From Octopus bimaculoides (taxonomy: Eukaryota), in NCBI RefSeq assembly GCF_001194135.2, contig NC_068982.1, forward strand, positions 67,319,854 to 67,383,853: DNA of 64,000 bases, in the 5' to 3' direction. The notes under the pieces are model-generated. The model was not told where the DNA came from. It saw only the letters and a program-made list of their open reading frames with translations, and ran no database searches. Both the position numbers and the translations under genes were made by a program. Below are positions 50,051 to 63,284 of this stretch, one piece after another. Position 1 is the stretch's first letter. Each line of letters starts with the position of its first letter.

Positions 50051-51964
50051 AAGATAACACTGGATGCACAGCTTGGCTCAACTTGATCCATTTTCGTTTT
50101 TAAGGTCCCAATAATGAGGAGGTCCTACTGAAAGCAAAACTAGATTTCATTAAATGAAAGAATAAGTTGTTTTCAAAGTAAGTAAAAGCTTAGACTAGCT
50201 GAGTTAAAGCATTTGGTTATTGACATATCCTGATAACAGACTGGTTGGTGCTACATACATATCTGACCGCTCACTAAACAGTAGGGTGAGTTTCATTTAA
50301 GCCATTAGTCCTCAACCTCTTATTTTTTCACCCATACAAAGTAATATCAAGTATGAATATGAGTATGTTAATGTTTTAATAATTGTTATTTTTTTAAAAA
50401 CTAAGTTAAAGATGCCTGTTGTGTGTGTGTGCGTGCATGTGTGTTTGTGTGCGAGCATGTGTGTTTGTGTGTGTGAGTGTGTGTGTGTGCCTGTATTTGT
50501 CTCCCACCACTGCTTGACAAGTGTTGGTGTGTTTGCATCCCCTGTAACTAGCAGTTTGGCAAAAAGAGACCAATAGAATATGTACTAGGCTTAACAAAAA
50601 AAAATTATATAAATACTGGGGTTGATACATTCAACTAAAAATTCTTCAAGGTGGTACCCCAGCATAGTCACAGTCTAGTGACTGAAACAAGTAAAAGATA
50701 AAAGATATTGAACTACATACAGTAAGTGACCAAGTTGAATTCAAAAAATTAGCTTTCAGCTTTACCAATGAATAACTGACCAATTAAAAATGAAATTTGC
50801 AAACAGGGAAATCAACTACAATTGAAGATGTGAAATTCAATAACTTCTTCCTCTGTTCCTGCTTTCTATTCAAGATTCTGTTAAAACAGGGAACTTTCTT
50901 GTTGGTTTCCAATTAATTGAATCACCTGTAGATTCAGGTGATTTCAGCATTTTGTCATGGTGGATAAAAAAGGACTGAATCTAGATTCACATAAGTATGT
51001 CATTGTAAATGGAATGAGGACATCAGCCGCAGTGTGTGGTTGTGGTGGTGGTGGTGGTNNNNNNNNNNNNNNNNNNNNNNNNNNNNNNNNNNNNNNNNNN
51101 NNNNNNNNNNNNNNNNNNNNNNNNNNNNNNNNNNNNNNNNNNNNNNNNNNNNNNNNNNNNNNNNNNNNNNNNNNNNNNNNNNNNNNNNNNNNNNNNNNNN
51201 NNNNNNNNNNNNNNNNNNNNNNNNNNNNNNNNNNNNNNNNNNNNNNNNNNNNNNNNNNNNNNNNNNNNNNNNNNNNNNNNNNNNNNNNNNNNNNNNNNNN
51301 NNNNNNNNNNNNNNNNNNNNNNNNNNNNNNNNNNNNNNNNNNNNNNNNNNNNNNNNNNNNNNNNNNNNNNNNNNNNNNNNNNNNNNNNNNNNNNNNNNNN
51401 NNNNNNNNNNNNNNNNNNNNNNNNNNNNNNNNNNNNNNNNNNNNNNNNNNNNNNNNNNNNNNNNNNNNNNNNNNNNNNNNNNNNNNNNNNNNNNNNNNNN
51501 NNNNNNNNGGAAGAGGAGGAGGAAGAGGAGGAGGAAGAGGAGGGGGAAGAGGAGGAAGAGGAGGAGGAAGAGGAGGAAGAGGAGGAAGAGGAGGAGGAAG
51601 AAGAGGAGGAGGAAGAAGAGGAGGAGCAGCAGCAGGAAACATAATAGTTCTATGCAACCATTGGTCAATAGTTTGTTTCAATGCCGGCACACTTACTTTC
51701 TGCTAAGAAATTGTCTTTGCCACTTGGCAGTAAGAATTTGGCTCATACTTCTCTTGGAACATATACTAATTGTTCTCAAGACACAAGTGAAATTCTCAGC
51801 TCAGCTCAATGCTTTGTATTGCTCTTTGAATTTCTTACTATCAATTTGATGTCTGTTAATACTACAAAAGTGATGCTTCTTGATCAGTGGCCATAGACAA
51901 ACTTTTCTATTTCTCTTTGCTTATAAATAGGATGCATTATTACTTTAACATATAATTTTCAAAT

Positions 51965-52175
51965 TTATCATCATCATCATCATCATTTTAGCATCTACTT
52001 TTCCACCCTCACAGGGGTTGGACAGAATTTGTTGAGGCAAATTTTCTTAGGTCAGATGCCCTGCCTGTCATTGACTCTTGTTTGCAAGCAAGGTAATATT
52101 CTCCCATAATGAGACAGGTTTTCATGGAAGATTAGAAATGAAGTACACTGCTTGCATGATGAGGGGAGGGGCAGT
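51965..52175 (-). mobile_element. RTE-type 3' end variant
   Basis: catcatcatcattttagcatc..gatgccctgcctgtca..gcaagcaaggtaatatt. Confidence 0.65.
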
Positions 52176-52206
52176 TGTTTTACACAACTTTTATTTATAT
52201 ATAAAG

Positions 52207-52247
<41 letters not shown>

Positions 52248-53149
52248 ATGCTTCTTTCAGTTTCTGTCTACCAAATACTCTCTTCCAAGGCTTTGGCTGG
52301 CCCAGAGTTTTAGCAGAAGACATTTGTCCAGGGTGACATGCTGTGGAATTGAATCCAAAACCACATGGCTGGAAAGCAAAATTTTTAACCATACAGTGAT
52401 GCTTGCACCTTCTGTGAATTGAAAAATATATTCCCAATCAAATAAGATATTCTACATTTCCAATTTCTTTTCTTTTCCAATTTTCTGTCATCTTGTATTG
52501 AACACTTGTTATTAATATTAATTTCCCATGATGCTGAATTGATACTTTTGTCTANNNNNNNNNNNNNNNNNNNNNNNNNNNNNNNNNNNNNNNNNNNNNN
52601 NNNNNNNNNNNNNNNNNNNNNNNNNNNNNNNNNNNNNNNNNNNNNNNNNNNNNNNNNNNNNNNNNNNNNNNNNNNNNNNNNNNNNNNNNNNNNNNNNNNN
52701 NNNNNNNNNNNNNNNNNNNNNNNNNNNNNNNNNNNNNNNNNNNNNNNNNNNNNNNNNNNNNNNNNNNNNNNNNNNNNNNNNNNNNNNNNNNNNNNNNNNN
52801 NNNNNNNNNNNNNNNNNNNNNNNNNNNNNNNNNNNNNNNNNNNNNNNNNNNNNNNNNNNNNNNNNNNNNNNNNNNNNNNNNNNNNNNNNNNNNNNNNNNN
52901 NNNNNNNNNNNNNNNNNNNNNNNNNNNNNNNNNNNNNNNNNNNNNNNNNNNNNNNNNNNNNNNNNNNNNNNNNNNNNNNNNNNNNNNNNNNNNNNNNNNN
53001 NNNNNNNNNNNNNNNNNNNNNNNNNNNNNNNNNNNNNNNNNNNNNNNNNNNNNNNNNNNNNNNNNNNNNNNNNNNNNNNNNCAAACAAAGTGCACAAAAA
53101 AGCTATATGTTTGCATTATATTATATATACAATAATAATAAAGGATGTT

Positions 53150-53301
53150 TACAAACCAAGGACGTTATATAGACCCTCTTGACTCAAGTTAGAGAAGGGG
53201 TGCCTATTATACGCAAGGTTTAGGTTTTACAGAGGTACAGCCCCCTAAAAATCCCCTGCATATTATACTCAAGGGTGGACTATATTCTCAAGGGTTTACG
53301 G
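53150..53301 (-). mobile_element. Terminal fragment of a Tc2/pogo-type DNA transposon
   Basis: End reads TA-CCGTAAACCCTTGAG..ATAGTCCACCC on the minus strand; the other end was not found. Confidence 0.5.
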
Positions 53302-53332
<31 letters not shown>

Positions 53333-54740
53333 GTATATATGTATGTATGTATGTATGCATGTATGAATATACGAGGGGGTGCTGAACAGTTCCTGGCTTT
53401 GGGTAAAAGAAAAAACAGGAGAATCAGTTAATTATGATTTTATATATTCTTTCATTCTTTTATTTGTTTTAGTTATTTGACTGCAGCTATGCTGGAGCAC
53501 CGCCATTAGTTGAACAAATCGACCCTAGGACTTATTCTTTGTAAGCCTAGTATTTATTCTATTGTCTCTTTTGCCGAACTGCTAAGTTACAGGGACGTAA
53601 ACACACCAGCATCAGTTGTCAAGCAATAGTGGGTGGGTGGGGGGACAAAGATAGACACACAAACATACATACATACATATATACATACATATATACATAT
53701 ACATATATATACATACATACATATATNNNNNNNNNNNNNNNNNNNNNNNNNNNNNNNNNNNNNNNNNNNNNNNNNNNNNNNNNNNNNNNNNNNNNNNNNN
53801 NNNNNNNNNNNNNNNNNNNNNNNNNNNNNNNNNNNNNNNNNNNNNNNNNNNNNNNNNNNNNNNNNNNNNNNNNNNNNNNNNNNNNNNNNNNNNNNNNNNN
53901 NNNNNNNNNNNNNNNNNNNNNNNNNNNNNNNNNNNNNNNNNNNNNNNNNNNNNNNNNNNNNNNNNNNNNNNNNNNNNNNNNNNNNNNNNNNNNNNNNNNN
54001 NNNNNNNNNNNNNNNNNNNNNNNNNNNNNNNNNNNNNNNNNNNNNNNNNNNNNNNNNNNNNNNNNNNNNNNNNNNNNNNNNNNNNNNNNNNNNNNNNNNN
54101 NNNNNNNNNNNNNNNNNNNNNNNNNNNNNNNNNNNNNNNNNNNNNNNNNNNNNNNNNNNNNNNNNNNNNNNNNNNNNNNNNNNNNNNNNNNNNNNNNNNN
54201 NNNNNNNNNNNNNNNNNNNNNNNNNNNNNNNNNNNNNNNNNNNNNNNNNNNNNNNNNNNNNNNNNNNNNNNNNNNNNNNNNNNNNNNNNNNNNNNNNNNN
54301 NNNNNNNNNNNNNNNNNNNNNNNNNNNNNNNNNNNNNNNNNNNNNNNNNNNNNNNNNNNNNNNNNNNNNNNNNNNNNNNNNNNNNNNNNNNNNNNNNNNN
54401 NNNNNNNNNNNNNNNNNNNNNNNNNNNNNNNNNNNNNNNNNNNNNNNNNNNNNNNNNNNNNNNNNNNNNNNNNNNNNNNNNNNNNNNNNNNNNNNNNNNN
54501 NNNNNNNNNNNNNNNNNNNNNNNNNNNNNNNNNNNNNNNNNNNNNNNNNNNNNNNNNNNNNNNNNNNNNNNNNNNNNNNNNNATATATATATATACTCAT
54601 ACACACATATGAATGCACCACTACTATTTGTTCAGCATCTCACCTGGGAGAGACTGATGCAAGATGTGTTGAAACAATCATTGTGATCAATAAAGTATCT
54701 TGTGAATTCCATTTTCTCTTTCTCTCTTTTGTTTCTGGTA

Positions 54741-54780
<40 letters not shown>

Positions 54781-54808
54781 TATGTATGTGTGTTTGTATA
54801 CACACATA

Positions 54809-55713
54809 CATGTGTGTTCAGGCTGAATTCGACAGTTTGCATAAAGGAAAAAGAAAACACAATATCCCATCTAAAAATAAATGTTTTATTTTTAAATCAA
54901 AAAATATCAACTAGATTATGGCTGGGAGATAACAATTTACTCAAAGTAGCCACCTTCAGTTTCTATCACAGCCCCAAGACAGCTCTGTAAGCTGGTGCAT
55001 GCATTCCATCTTGTGTCTCAGGGAAGATCTTTGAACACTTCTTTGATCTTGGTCGTCAGCTCAGACTTGATGTTGTAGGCAGAGCAGTTAGTGTCTTTTT
55101 CAACTATGCCTCATACCTAGTAATTCATGGAATTACAATAGGGGGAATTAGGTAACCAGAAATTGGGGCTGGTGATGTCAGAACTTCTGGAGCAAACACA
55201 TCTCAATTTTACCTGAGGTATGGCAGAGAGCCAAATCTTGCAGTCACACATATGGCCTTTCAGCGGTAACCTTCTCCAGCCAGAGATTAACCAGTCTCCA
55301 GCACTCCAGCACTCCAGCAGCTTCACTTAGCCATCTGAATTGAGCTTTAGTCCTTGTGGGGATGAATTCTAGTGTGCAAACACAGTCAGAATGCCTGCTG
55401 TGTCCTTTCCTGCTGGCCATAAGTTTTGTGGTGTCCATTGCAGCTGTCTTACAGCTTTTTCAGTGTTCACAGAATATTGAGCAGCAGTCATGATGTCAGC
55501 ATTTTGATATCCAGCATGAATCATCATGATACAGGTAGCTTTTTTTTCCAATATTCAGATGGCTTCCAGTCCTCCATGTCAGCTTACTTTTTCTCAACTA
55601 CAGCTTTAATCTTTATGCTCTTCGATGCTGTTGACTGTTCACCAATATATCAAGCTGCTCCTGAAAAATAAAAGGAAACATAAATAACCCTCAATTTTAG
55701 CTTGAACACCCTG
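54809..55713 (-). mobile_element. Degenerate maT (DD37D-type) mariner-like transposon with internal deletion
   Basis: C-terminus translates NFWLPNSPYCNSMNY*V*GIVEK..KIKEVFKDLP..AVIETEGGYFE* (cf. WPPNSPD.NP.DYYVWG); ends resemble CAGGGTGTTCAAGCT. Confidence 0.8.
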
Positions 55714-55737
55714 TTTATATAAACATATATGTGTGCA

Positions 55738-55822
<85 letters not shown>

Positions 55823-56239
55823 GCCTTCTGAGTATTTCTATAACTGATTGATTTCCAGACAAATCCAAATGATGCTGCTGGTGCTGATGCTCTTGCTGGT
55901 GGTGGTGTTGGTGGTGGTGTTGGTGGTGGTGTTGGTGTTCGTGGTGGTGGTGGTGGTGATGATGATGAGGATGCTGATGATAATGATGTCATTCTTTTTG
56001 GAGTTACAACCACTATTTTGTGTTCATTCGCAAAAACTTAACATATCTCTTTAGTCATCTAAAGACATGCAGTAAGACAGCCTAATAAGTTTCAAACACA
56101 ACCATAGATCAAACTAACTTCCTTCTACTGCATTCTATGCTTATGTTAATTAATTTTATTTAATCAAAAAATTTTATTTAATCTAAAAATTGTCTCCTTG
56201 AATTTTTTTTCTTTTACCAAATTAGTTATTGAACTCTCT

Positions 56240-56390
56240 CAGTTTTTTTCTCATTCTCTCTCCATTTTTTGCCTCTTCATCCTTTCTGTCAAAGAGCGTA
56301 GGCTCAAGACATCAAAGACATTTCCATTCTTCCCGAGTGTTAAACACCTTCTTCTTGTTCACACACCGGTCTTCTTCTTTTGTTTTCTGT
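56240..56390 (+). mobile_element. Penelope-type repeat (A6U hammerhead family), decayed
   Basis: CCTTT-CTGTCAA-A-GAGC-GTAG-GCTC-AAGA-CA-TC-AAAGA at 56281-56318. Confidence 0.65.
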
Positions 56391-56476
56391 AAATTTGAAC
56401 TAATTATTGTTTAGTTGCTTCAAGTTGATGGTTTGTTTACTGTATTGGTACTCAGAGTTTCTTATTGTTTGGTATT

Positions 56477-56897
56477 TACTCTTTTTACTCTTTTACTTGT
56501 TTCAGTCATTTGACTGCGGCCATGCTGGAGCACCACTTTTTAGTCGAGAAAATCGACCCCAGGACTTATTCTTTGTAAGCCTAGTACTTATTCAATCGGT
56601 CTCTTTTTGCCGAACCGCTAAGTTACGGGGACGTAAACACACCAGCATCGGTTGTCAAGCGATGGTGGGGGACAAACACAGACACACAAACACATACACA
56701 CAAACACATACACATATATATACATACACATATACGATGGGCTTCTTTCAGTTTCTGTCTACCAAATCCACTCACAAGGCTTTGGTCGGCCCGAGGCTAT
56801 AGTAGAAGACACTTGCTGAAGGTGCCACACAGTGGGACTGAACCTGGAACCATGTGGTTGGTAAGCAAGCTACTTACCGCATAGCCACTCCTGCGCC
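56477..56897 (-). mobile_element. Family B SINE, full length
   Basis: Head GGCGCAGGAGTGGCTATGCGGTA, B-box GGTTCAGTCCC, internal TA/TG microsatellite, (AAGAGTA)-like tail. Confidence 0.9.
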
Positions 56898-56965
56898 TAT
56901 TGCTCATCTTATAAAAATATCTTTGCACAAGGTCAGAAAACCCTGAGTACCATCAGCTTAAAGGA

Positions 56966-56998
<33 letters not shown>

Positions 56999-57039
56999 TA
57001 GTGTGTGAGAGAGAGAGAGAGAGAAAGAGAGTGCATGTA

Positions 57040-57575
57040 TAACAGAGTGTAATTGTCTTAAGAGAAAAATTGCATATAAGAGGCATCAGATGTAGTGTGC
57101 AAGAGAGAAAACTGCTAGTATGATCATGTGATGCATATGGATGAGGAGAGTTGGATAAAGAAGTACCAATCTCTAATTGTGGAGAGAACCTGTAGAAGAG
57201 GTAGATCCAAGAAGACGTGGGACAAAGTGGTGAAATATGATCTTTGGTTGTTGAGCTTTGCAGATTCAATGACATGTAACTGAGATTTCTGGGGCAATTT
57301 GCTGTGCTTGAGAAGACATGTCAAGCAAAGTGAAATCGAGATCATGGACGATGCTGGTGACATGTAAAAGGCTCCTATGCTGCTGACATGTAATAGGCAT
57401 GTTTGCTGGTGGTACATAAAAGACACCTAGCACACTGTAGAATGGTTGGTGCTAGGAAGGGCATCCAGCCATAGAAACCAAACCAAAACAAATGACTGGA
57501 GCCTGGTGCAGCTCTCCAGCTCTAGTCAAATTGTCTATGCCATGCCAGCACGGAAAACAGACATTAAATGATGAT
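57040..57575 (+). mobile_element. RTE-clade LINE 3' end plus 3' UTR, degenerate
   Basis: REKLHIRGIRCSVQER..HVMHMDEESWIKK..CRRGRSKKTWDKVVK, followed by the UTR shared with the (GAT)n-tailed fragments; this links those fragments to an RTE. Confidence 0.8.
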
Positions 57576-57755
57576 ATACATATATTTTGTTTTATTCAAC
57601 TTTACGATGAAAGTAAACAAACACAGTTAGTTTTTTTTCTTAGAAGCGTTGAGATGTATTGTAAGATACAGAAATAAATTTATTTCTCAAATGCGTGATA
57701 ATGCTATAAATAACGTGATCAGGATAAATTATCCATATAATGCAGAAAATACATT

Positions 57756-57834
57756 GCTGGCCAGCCATGAGACTCGAACTCACATCTTTGTGATTACATG
57801 TCAAGTGTTTTACCATTAAACCAAACTGTCCAGC
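57756..57834 (-). pseudogene. tRNA-Thr(TGT)-like sequence (pseudogene or SINE head)
   Basis: T-arm GTGAG-TTCGAGT-CTCAT, D-arm GTTT-AATGGTA-AAAC, loop CA-TGT-AA; the anticodon stem is partly mismatched. Confidence 0.5.
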
Positions 57835-57959
57835 AACGAATTTTTCTGCAATTTTAGAACTTATAAATTTTTATTTTTTCCAAATATTGCACCTGTTACA
57901 TAACCTCCCATGTTATCACTTTACTATTTTTTAATATTTTTTAAACTCTTTATAAAGTT

Positions 57960-58880
57960 CTTTTCAACAATGTATTTTTTTTTAAATAACACATTCCTCT
58001 CACTTCCCCTTTCACCTTACATTCATGCCTGCCACATCTTTCTCCTCTCCTTGCCTTCCTCTCGCATACAAAACAATTACAACCACACACCATCCTTCCA
58101 CATCTCCACTATTCCACACTCCATACTTGCATACTACCATGCACTCCATACTATCACACACATGCACCTCCCACTATGTCCATCTTTTTATATGGATACC
58201 CTGTTATACATATACATTCTACCTAACCTCTACCTCCCTTCCTAATTCTCCCCATAGGACCACATTCCCACTTAGCCCCTAACTTCTCTCTCTCTCTTTT
58301 TCCAACTACCTTTTCTCATTTTACTTTTCCCACCATCTTTTCTCATTCTTTTATTTTTTTCTAATGAAAGGCTAATATCTGAAACATCAAGACACATTCC
58401 TCTTTTTTAAGCGTTAAACTATTACAACATTCATTCAAACTTGTTCTTTCTATGTTGTCTTATTTCTGTATTCATTGCCTAATATCAATCTCTTCCAACC
58501 ATCTCCTGTACCTCATCCCACCTTGTCATTTCTCTTTACTTGTGTCCTATTACTATCTTGCCACCCTCCTCCCACTCTGCTGTCTTCAGCATCTCTCTTT
58601 CCCCAAGTAATAGCTCATTGGTCAACCACCCTTGTACCCTACCCAGTTTTACTGCTGCAGTCTGCCTCCCCATCTCCTCATCTCCTGCTCATCATACAGC
58701 CTTGCAAACCACCTGCCCACCCACTTCTCACATTATGACTTACCTTATGACTTACCTCATCAACTCTGTCTGTCGCTTTGCAACTGATACTGATCATTCC
58801 TCTTTTCTCTCTTTCTCTTTCTCTCTCCTACTTGCAGAAGAAGCCTTGCAGATCCACTACAAGAACCTGCTCTGAAACCT
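57960..58880 (+). mobile_element. Old pyrimidine-rich Penelope-type relic with two hammerhead-like remnants
   Basis: CTAATGA..GAAA-CA-TC at 58361-58388 and CAGAAGA..GAAA at 58835-58877, each preceded by a C/T tract. Confidence 0.4.
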
Positions 58881-59024
58881 TCTTTTCTCATGTTTCAATC
58901 CAGTGTCTCTCAACCATTTTCCCCCTCTGGGCCCTTTGATTCCTATTTTATTTGGATTGGCCCTCCTACTCATTCAATGTTTAAAAGATCCTATTATATT
59001 TTTATGATTAAATATTATTAAGAA

Positions 59025-59435
59025 TTCTCTTTATCTCTTTTATCTCTTTTACTTGTTTCAGTCATTTGACTGCGGCCATGCTGGAGCACCGCCCTTAGTC
59101 GAGCAAATTGACCCCAGGACTTATTCTTTGTAAGCCTAGTCTTATTCTATCGGTCCCTTTTGCCGAACCTCTAAGTTACGGGGACGTAAACACACCAGCA
59201 TCGGTTGTCAAGTGATGTTGGGGGGACAAACAGACACACAAACATACACATATATATATATATACATATATACGACAGGCTTCTTTCAGTTTTCATCTAC
59301 CAAATCCATTCACAAGGCTTTGGTCGGCCCGAGGCTATAGTAGAAGACACTTGCCCAAGGTGCCACACAGTGGGACTGAACCCGGAACCATGTGGTTCGT
59401 AAGCAAGCTACTTACCACACAGTCACTCCTAAGCC
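59025..59435 (-). mobile_element. Family B SINE, full length
   Basis: Closely matches 56477-56897. Confidence 0.9.
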
Positions 59436-59574
59436 TATTGTATAAAAAAATTGTTAAAATATTGTGTGTATCGTAGAAGTATAACCAATTTATTGCCAAT
59501 AAATTTTTTACCACAAAATCTTAAATGGACCTCCAAGGGCCTGGTTGAGAACTACAGCTTTAACCCCTTATCCT

Positions 59575-59815
59575 CTAGCATAAAGTAGCTGACCCCCACC
59601 TTCCCTGGAGTTCATAGTTCTGCAAGCTGCATGGTGGCTTCAGTGGTACTAGTGGCACAAAAGAGCACCCATTACATGCATTAAAGTGATTGACATTAAG
59701 AAGGGCATCCAGCTGTAGAAACTAAGCCAAAATGGACACCGGTGCACAGTGCAGTCCTTGGATCCATCAGATCCTGTCAAACCGTCCAACCCATACCAGC
59801 ATAAAAACATATGAT
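59575..59815 (+). mobile_element. RTE-type 3' UTR end, diverged
   Basis: aagaagggcatccagctgtagaaact..aaccgtccaacccataccagcat. Confidence 0.7.
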
Positions 59816-59842
59816 GTGGCTCTTAAGTGATAATAATGATTA

Positions 59843-59885
<43 letters not shown>

Positions 59886-60486
59886 TTTTCTATTACCTAT
59901 CTTTATGTATGTATGTATGTGAATGGGTGTGGGGGGGTATTAGACTATTTTCTATGGTCAATATACAGCGAAAACTTACAATTATATTTNNNNNNNNNNN
60001 NNNNNNNNNNNNNNNNNNNNNNNNNNNNNNNNNNNNNNNNNNNNNNNNNNNNNNNNNNNNNNNNNNNNNNNNNNNNNNNNNNNNNNNNNNNNNNNNNNNN
60101 NNNNNNNNNNNNNNNNNNNNNNNNNNNNNNNNNNNNNNNNNNNNNNNNNNNNNNNNNNNNNNNNNNNNNNNNNNNNNNNNNNNNNNNNNNNNNNNNNNNN
60201 NNNNNNNNNNNNNNNNNNNNNNNNNNNNNNNNNNNNNNNNNNNNNNNNNNNNNNNNNNNNNNNNNNNNNNNNNNNNNNNNNNNNNNNNNNNNNNNNNNNN
60301 NNNNNNNNNNNNNNNNNNNNNNNNNNNNNNNNNNNNNNNNNNNNNNNNNNNNNNNNNNNNNNNNNNNNNNNNNNNNNNNNNNNNNNNNNNNNNNNNNNNN
60401 NNNNNNNNNNNNNNNNNNNNNNNNNNNNNNNNNNNNNNNNNNNNNNNNNNNNNNNNNNNNNNNNNNNNNNNNNNNNNNNNNNNNNN

Positions 60487-60650
60487 GTGTTTTTCTCCTT
60501 GTCTCCGTATTCTTTCTGTTGAAGAGCGTAGCTCGAAACGTCAAAGACTTTCCGTATTCCCGAGCGTCATACTAATATATACTTTTGTTATTTACACCAC
60601 CTGTCCTCGTCTGTTGTTATTTTTTGTATATTCTCCCATATATATATATA
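60487..60650 (+). mobile_element. Penelope-type repeat carrying a minimal type I hammerhead-like motif with A6U core
   Basis: TCTTT-CTGTTGA-A-GAGC-GTA-GCTC-GAAA-CG-TC-AAAGA at 60511-60547. Confidence 0.75.
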
Positions 60651-60696
60651 TACATGTGTGTGTGTGTCAGTGTGTGTATCTATCTATCTATCTATC

Positions 60697-60749
<53 letters not shown>

Positions 60750-60762
60750 ATATATATATATT

Positions 60763-60798
<36 letters not shown>

Positions 60799-60988
60799 TA
60801 TATATAGACAGACAGACAAATAGACAGACAGATAGATAGATAGATAAATAAAGAAATAAAGAAATAGATAAGCAGACATGTAGACACACAAATATTCTAG
60901 GGTGAATGTCCATAAAAATGCAACATATTTCCTAATAATATAAAGAGTGTGTGACTCTGTGTGTATGTGTGTGTGTGTGAGCGCGCGC

Positions 60989-61019
<31 letters not shown>

Positions 61020-62955
61020 CGTGTTTTTTATTATGTGTGTGTGTGTGTGTATATTATTAATCAATGTAAATAAATGTGTGGGTTGTGAAGCGAATAGAGA
61101 TGGAGGTTGACATAAACTGAGACTTAAGCTATCAGTGATAATGAATCCAGTGACCAGAGCAACGGTGTTGTTATGGACAGAGTAGGCGTTATAATGGTAG
61201 TGGTGGTGGTGGCTGAGAAACAGTAAAGCCTGTGTGTAGGTGGGGAAAGCGGATGGAGAACAACTGTTTTCCACATCTCCATTCCTTCACTTATAGATCT
61301 TTGTGGAAATAAGTGGAGTGGCCATATGATATGGAATGTTCTTGTTGGCAGAAGCGATGCTGGTGGTAGAAATTGTGGTAGTGATGGTGATGGCGGTGGT
61401 GGTGGTGGTGGTGGTGGTGGTGNNNNNNNNNNNNNNNNNNNNNNNNNNNNNNNNNNNNNNNNNNNNNNNNNNNNNNNNNNNNNNNNNNNNNNNNNNNNNN
61501 NNNNNNNNNNNNNNNNNNNNNNNNNNNNNNNNNNNNNNNNNNNNNNNNNNNNNNNNNNNNNNNNNNNNNNNNNNNNNNNNNNNNNNNNNNNNNNNNNNNN
61601 NNNNNNNNNNNNNNNNNNNNNNNNNNNNNNNNNNNNNNNNNNNNNNNNNNNNNNNNNNNNNNNNNNNNNNNNNNNNNNNNNNNNNNNNNNNNNNNNNNNN
61701 NNNNNNNNNNNNNNNNNNNNNNNNNNNNNNNNNNNNNNNNNNNNNNNNNNNNNNNNNNNNNNNNNNNNNNNNNNNNNNNNNNNNNNNNNNNNNNNNNNNN
61801 NNNNNNNNNNNNNNNNNNNNNNNNNNNNNNNNNNNNNNNNNNNNNNNNNNNNNNNNNNNNNNNNNNNNNNNNNAGTAGTGATGGTTGTGGTGGTGGTGAC
61901 GGTGATAGTGGTGGTGGTGGTGGAGGCGACGCTGATGGTAATGGTGGTGGCAGCAGTGATGGCAGCAGTGATGGCAGCAGCGGCGGCGGTGATGACGAAG
62001 GTGGTAGTGGTGTCAGTGTCATTGTTATTAGTAGTAGTAGCAGTACTATAAAGAATGACCAGGTACTAATACAGATGTCGTTTGAGGTTGACGCTGTTCT
62101 TGTCGACGTTATTACCATTGTTGTTGGTGTCATTCAACACTAAGTCAATCCTGAGTGACCAGACCACTGATTACAGACATCCCATTTGTGGCCATCACAT
62201 TTTATAAAATGCAGCCATGACGACCTTAACCAAAGCATTCTTCCCCTTTTTTAAGACAGTACGATGTGATTTAAGAGAGATTAGGTACTATTTCTAGTAG
62301 ATTCAGAGATCACCTAGATTCCCTTGTTGTAGATGATGACCATGGGAGTTGTAGAGATGATGGTAGAAATATGGGTGAAGGTGGTGACTGTAGTGGTGAA
62401 GGCAGTGGTTATGGTGGTGATGTTGGTGACGATGATGTTGGTGGTGGTGATGTTAGTAGTGGTAGCCTGCGGTGTTGGTGTTTGCGATAGTAGTTGTGAT
62501 GGTTGTGGTGGTGATGCTAGATTTAAGATTGAAGGGAGTGATTTGACTGCTACATCTAGCAGATTGCATAATGGTTGATTGCATAATGGCGTCCCCCATT
62601 GAACTAGTTTGGGGGCTAAAGATGGGGGACTGCGGGAGTGGGAAACGGTGAATTGCCTTTATTAATAACAGTGGGTGTAAGGCTGGGATCTTTCCCATAT
62701 GGTTAGTTTATAGAAAATATGTGGGAAGAAAGAATCTATAGGATGGAGGTGATTAGTGGAAAGGAAGAAGGAAATAATATAGAGATGGGGAAAAGAGTTT
62801 GAGGAAGAGGAAGAGGAGAAAGAGGAGGAGGAGGAGGAGGAAGAAGAAGAGAAGACGAATACCCTGCAGTACAGAAGGGAAGATGGGGTGACAGAGAAAG
62901 AGACTGAGAGAAACTATACACATGTGTGTATATGTATATATGTATGTATGTGGTA

Positions 62956-62987
<32 letters not shown>

Positions 62988-62995
62988 CATACATA

Positions 62996-63087
<92 letters not shown>

Positions 63088-63284
63088 TACACTCACATAC
63101 ATATATGAATATATATATATGTGTGTGTTGTCAAACACATGTACCTATATGTTTATATATGTGTATCAGTGTATATATGTTTATTATTTGAGTAACTATT
63201 ACTATTGGATATATATACAATATTTATAAAATACAATATATATTATACATATATATATAGGAGAGGCATTATACACACACGCAT

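Noticed and set aside
50240-50937. Two candidate + strand exons (50240-50285 LVGATYISDRSLNSR; 50875-50937 SVKTGNFLVGFQLIESPVDS)
   Set aside because: Good-looking splice signals, but their phases are incompatible with each other and no homolog was recognised.
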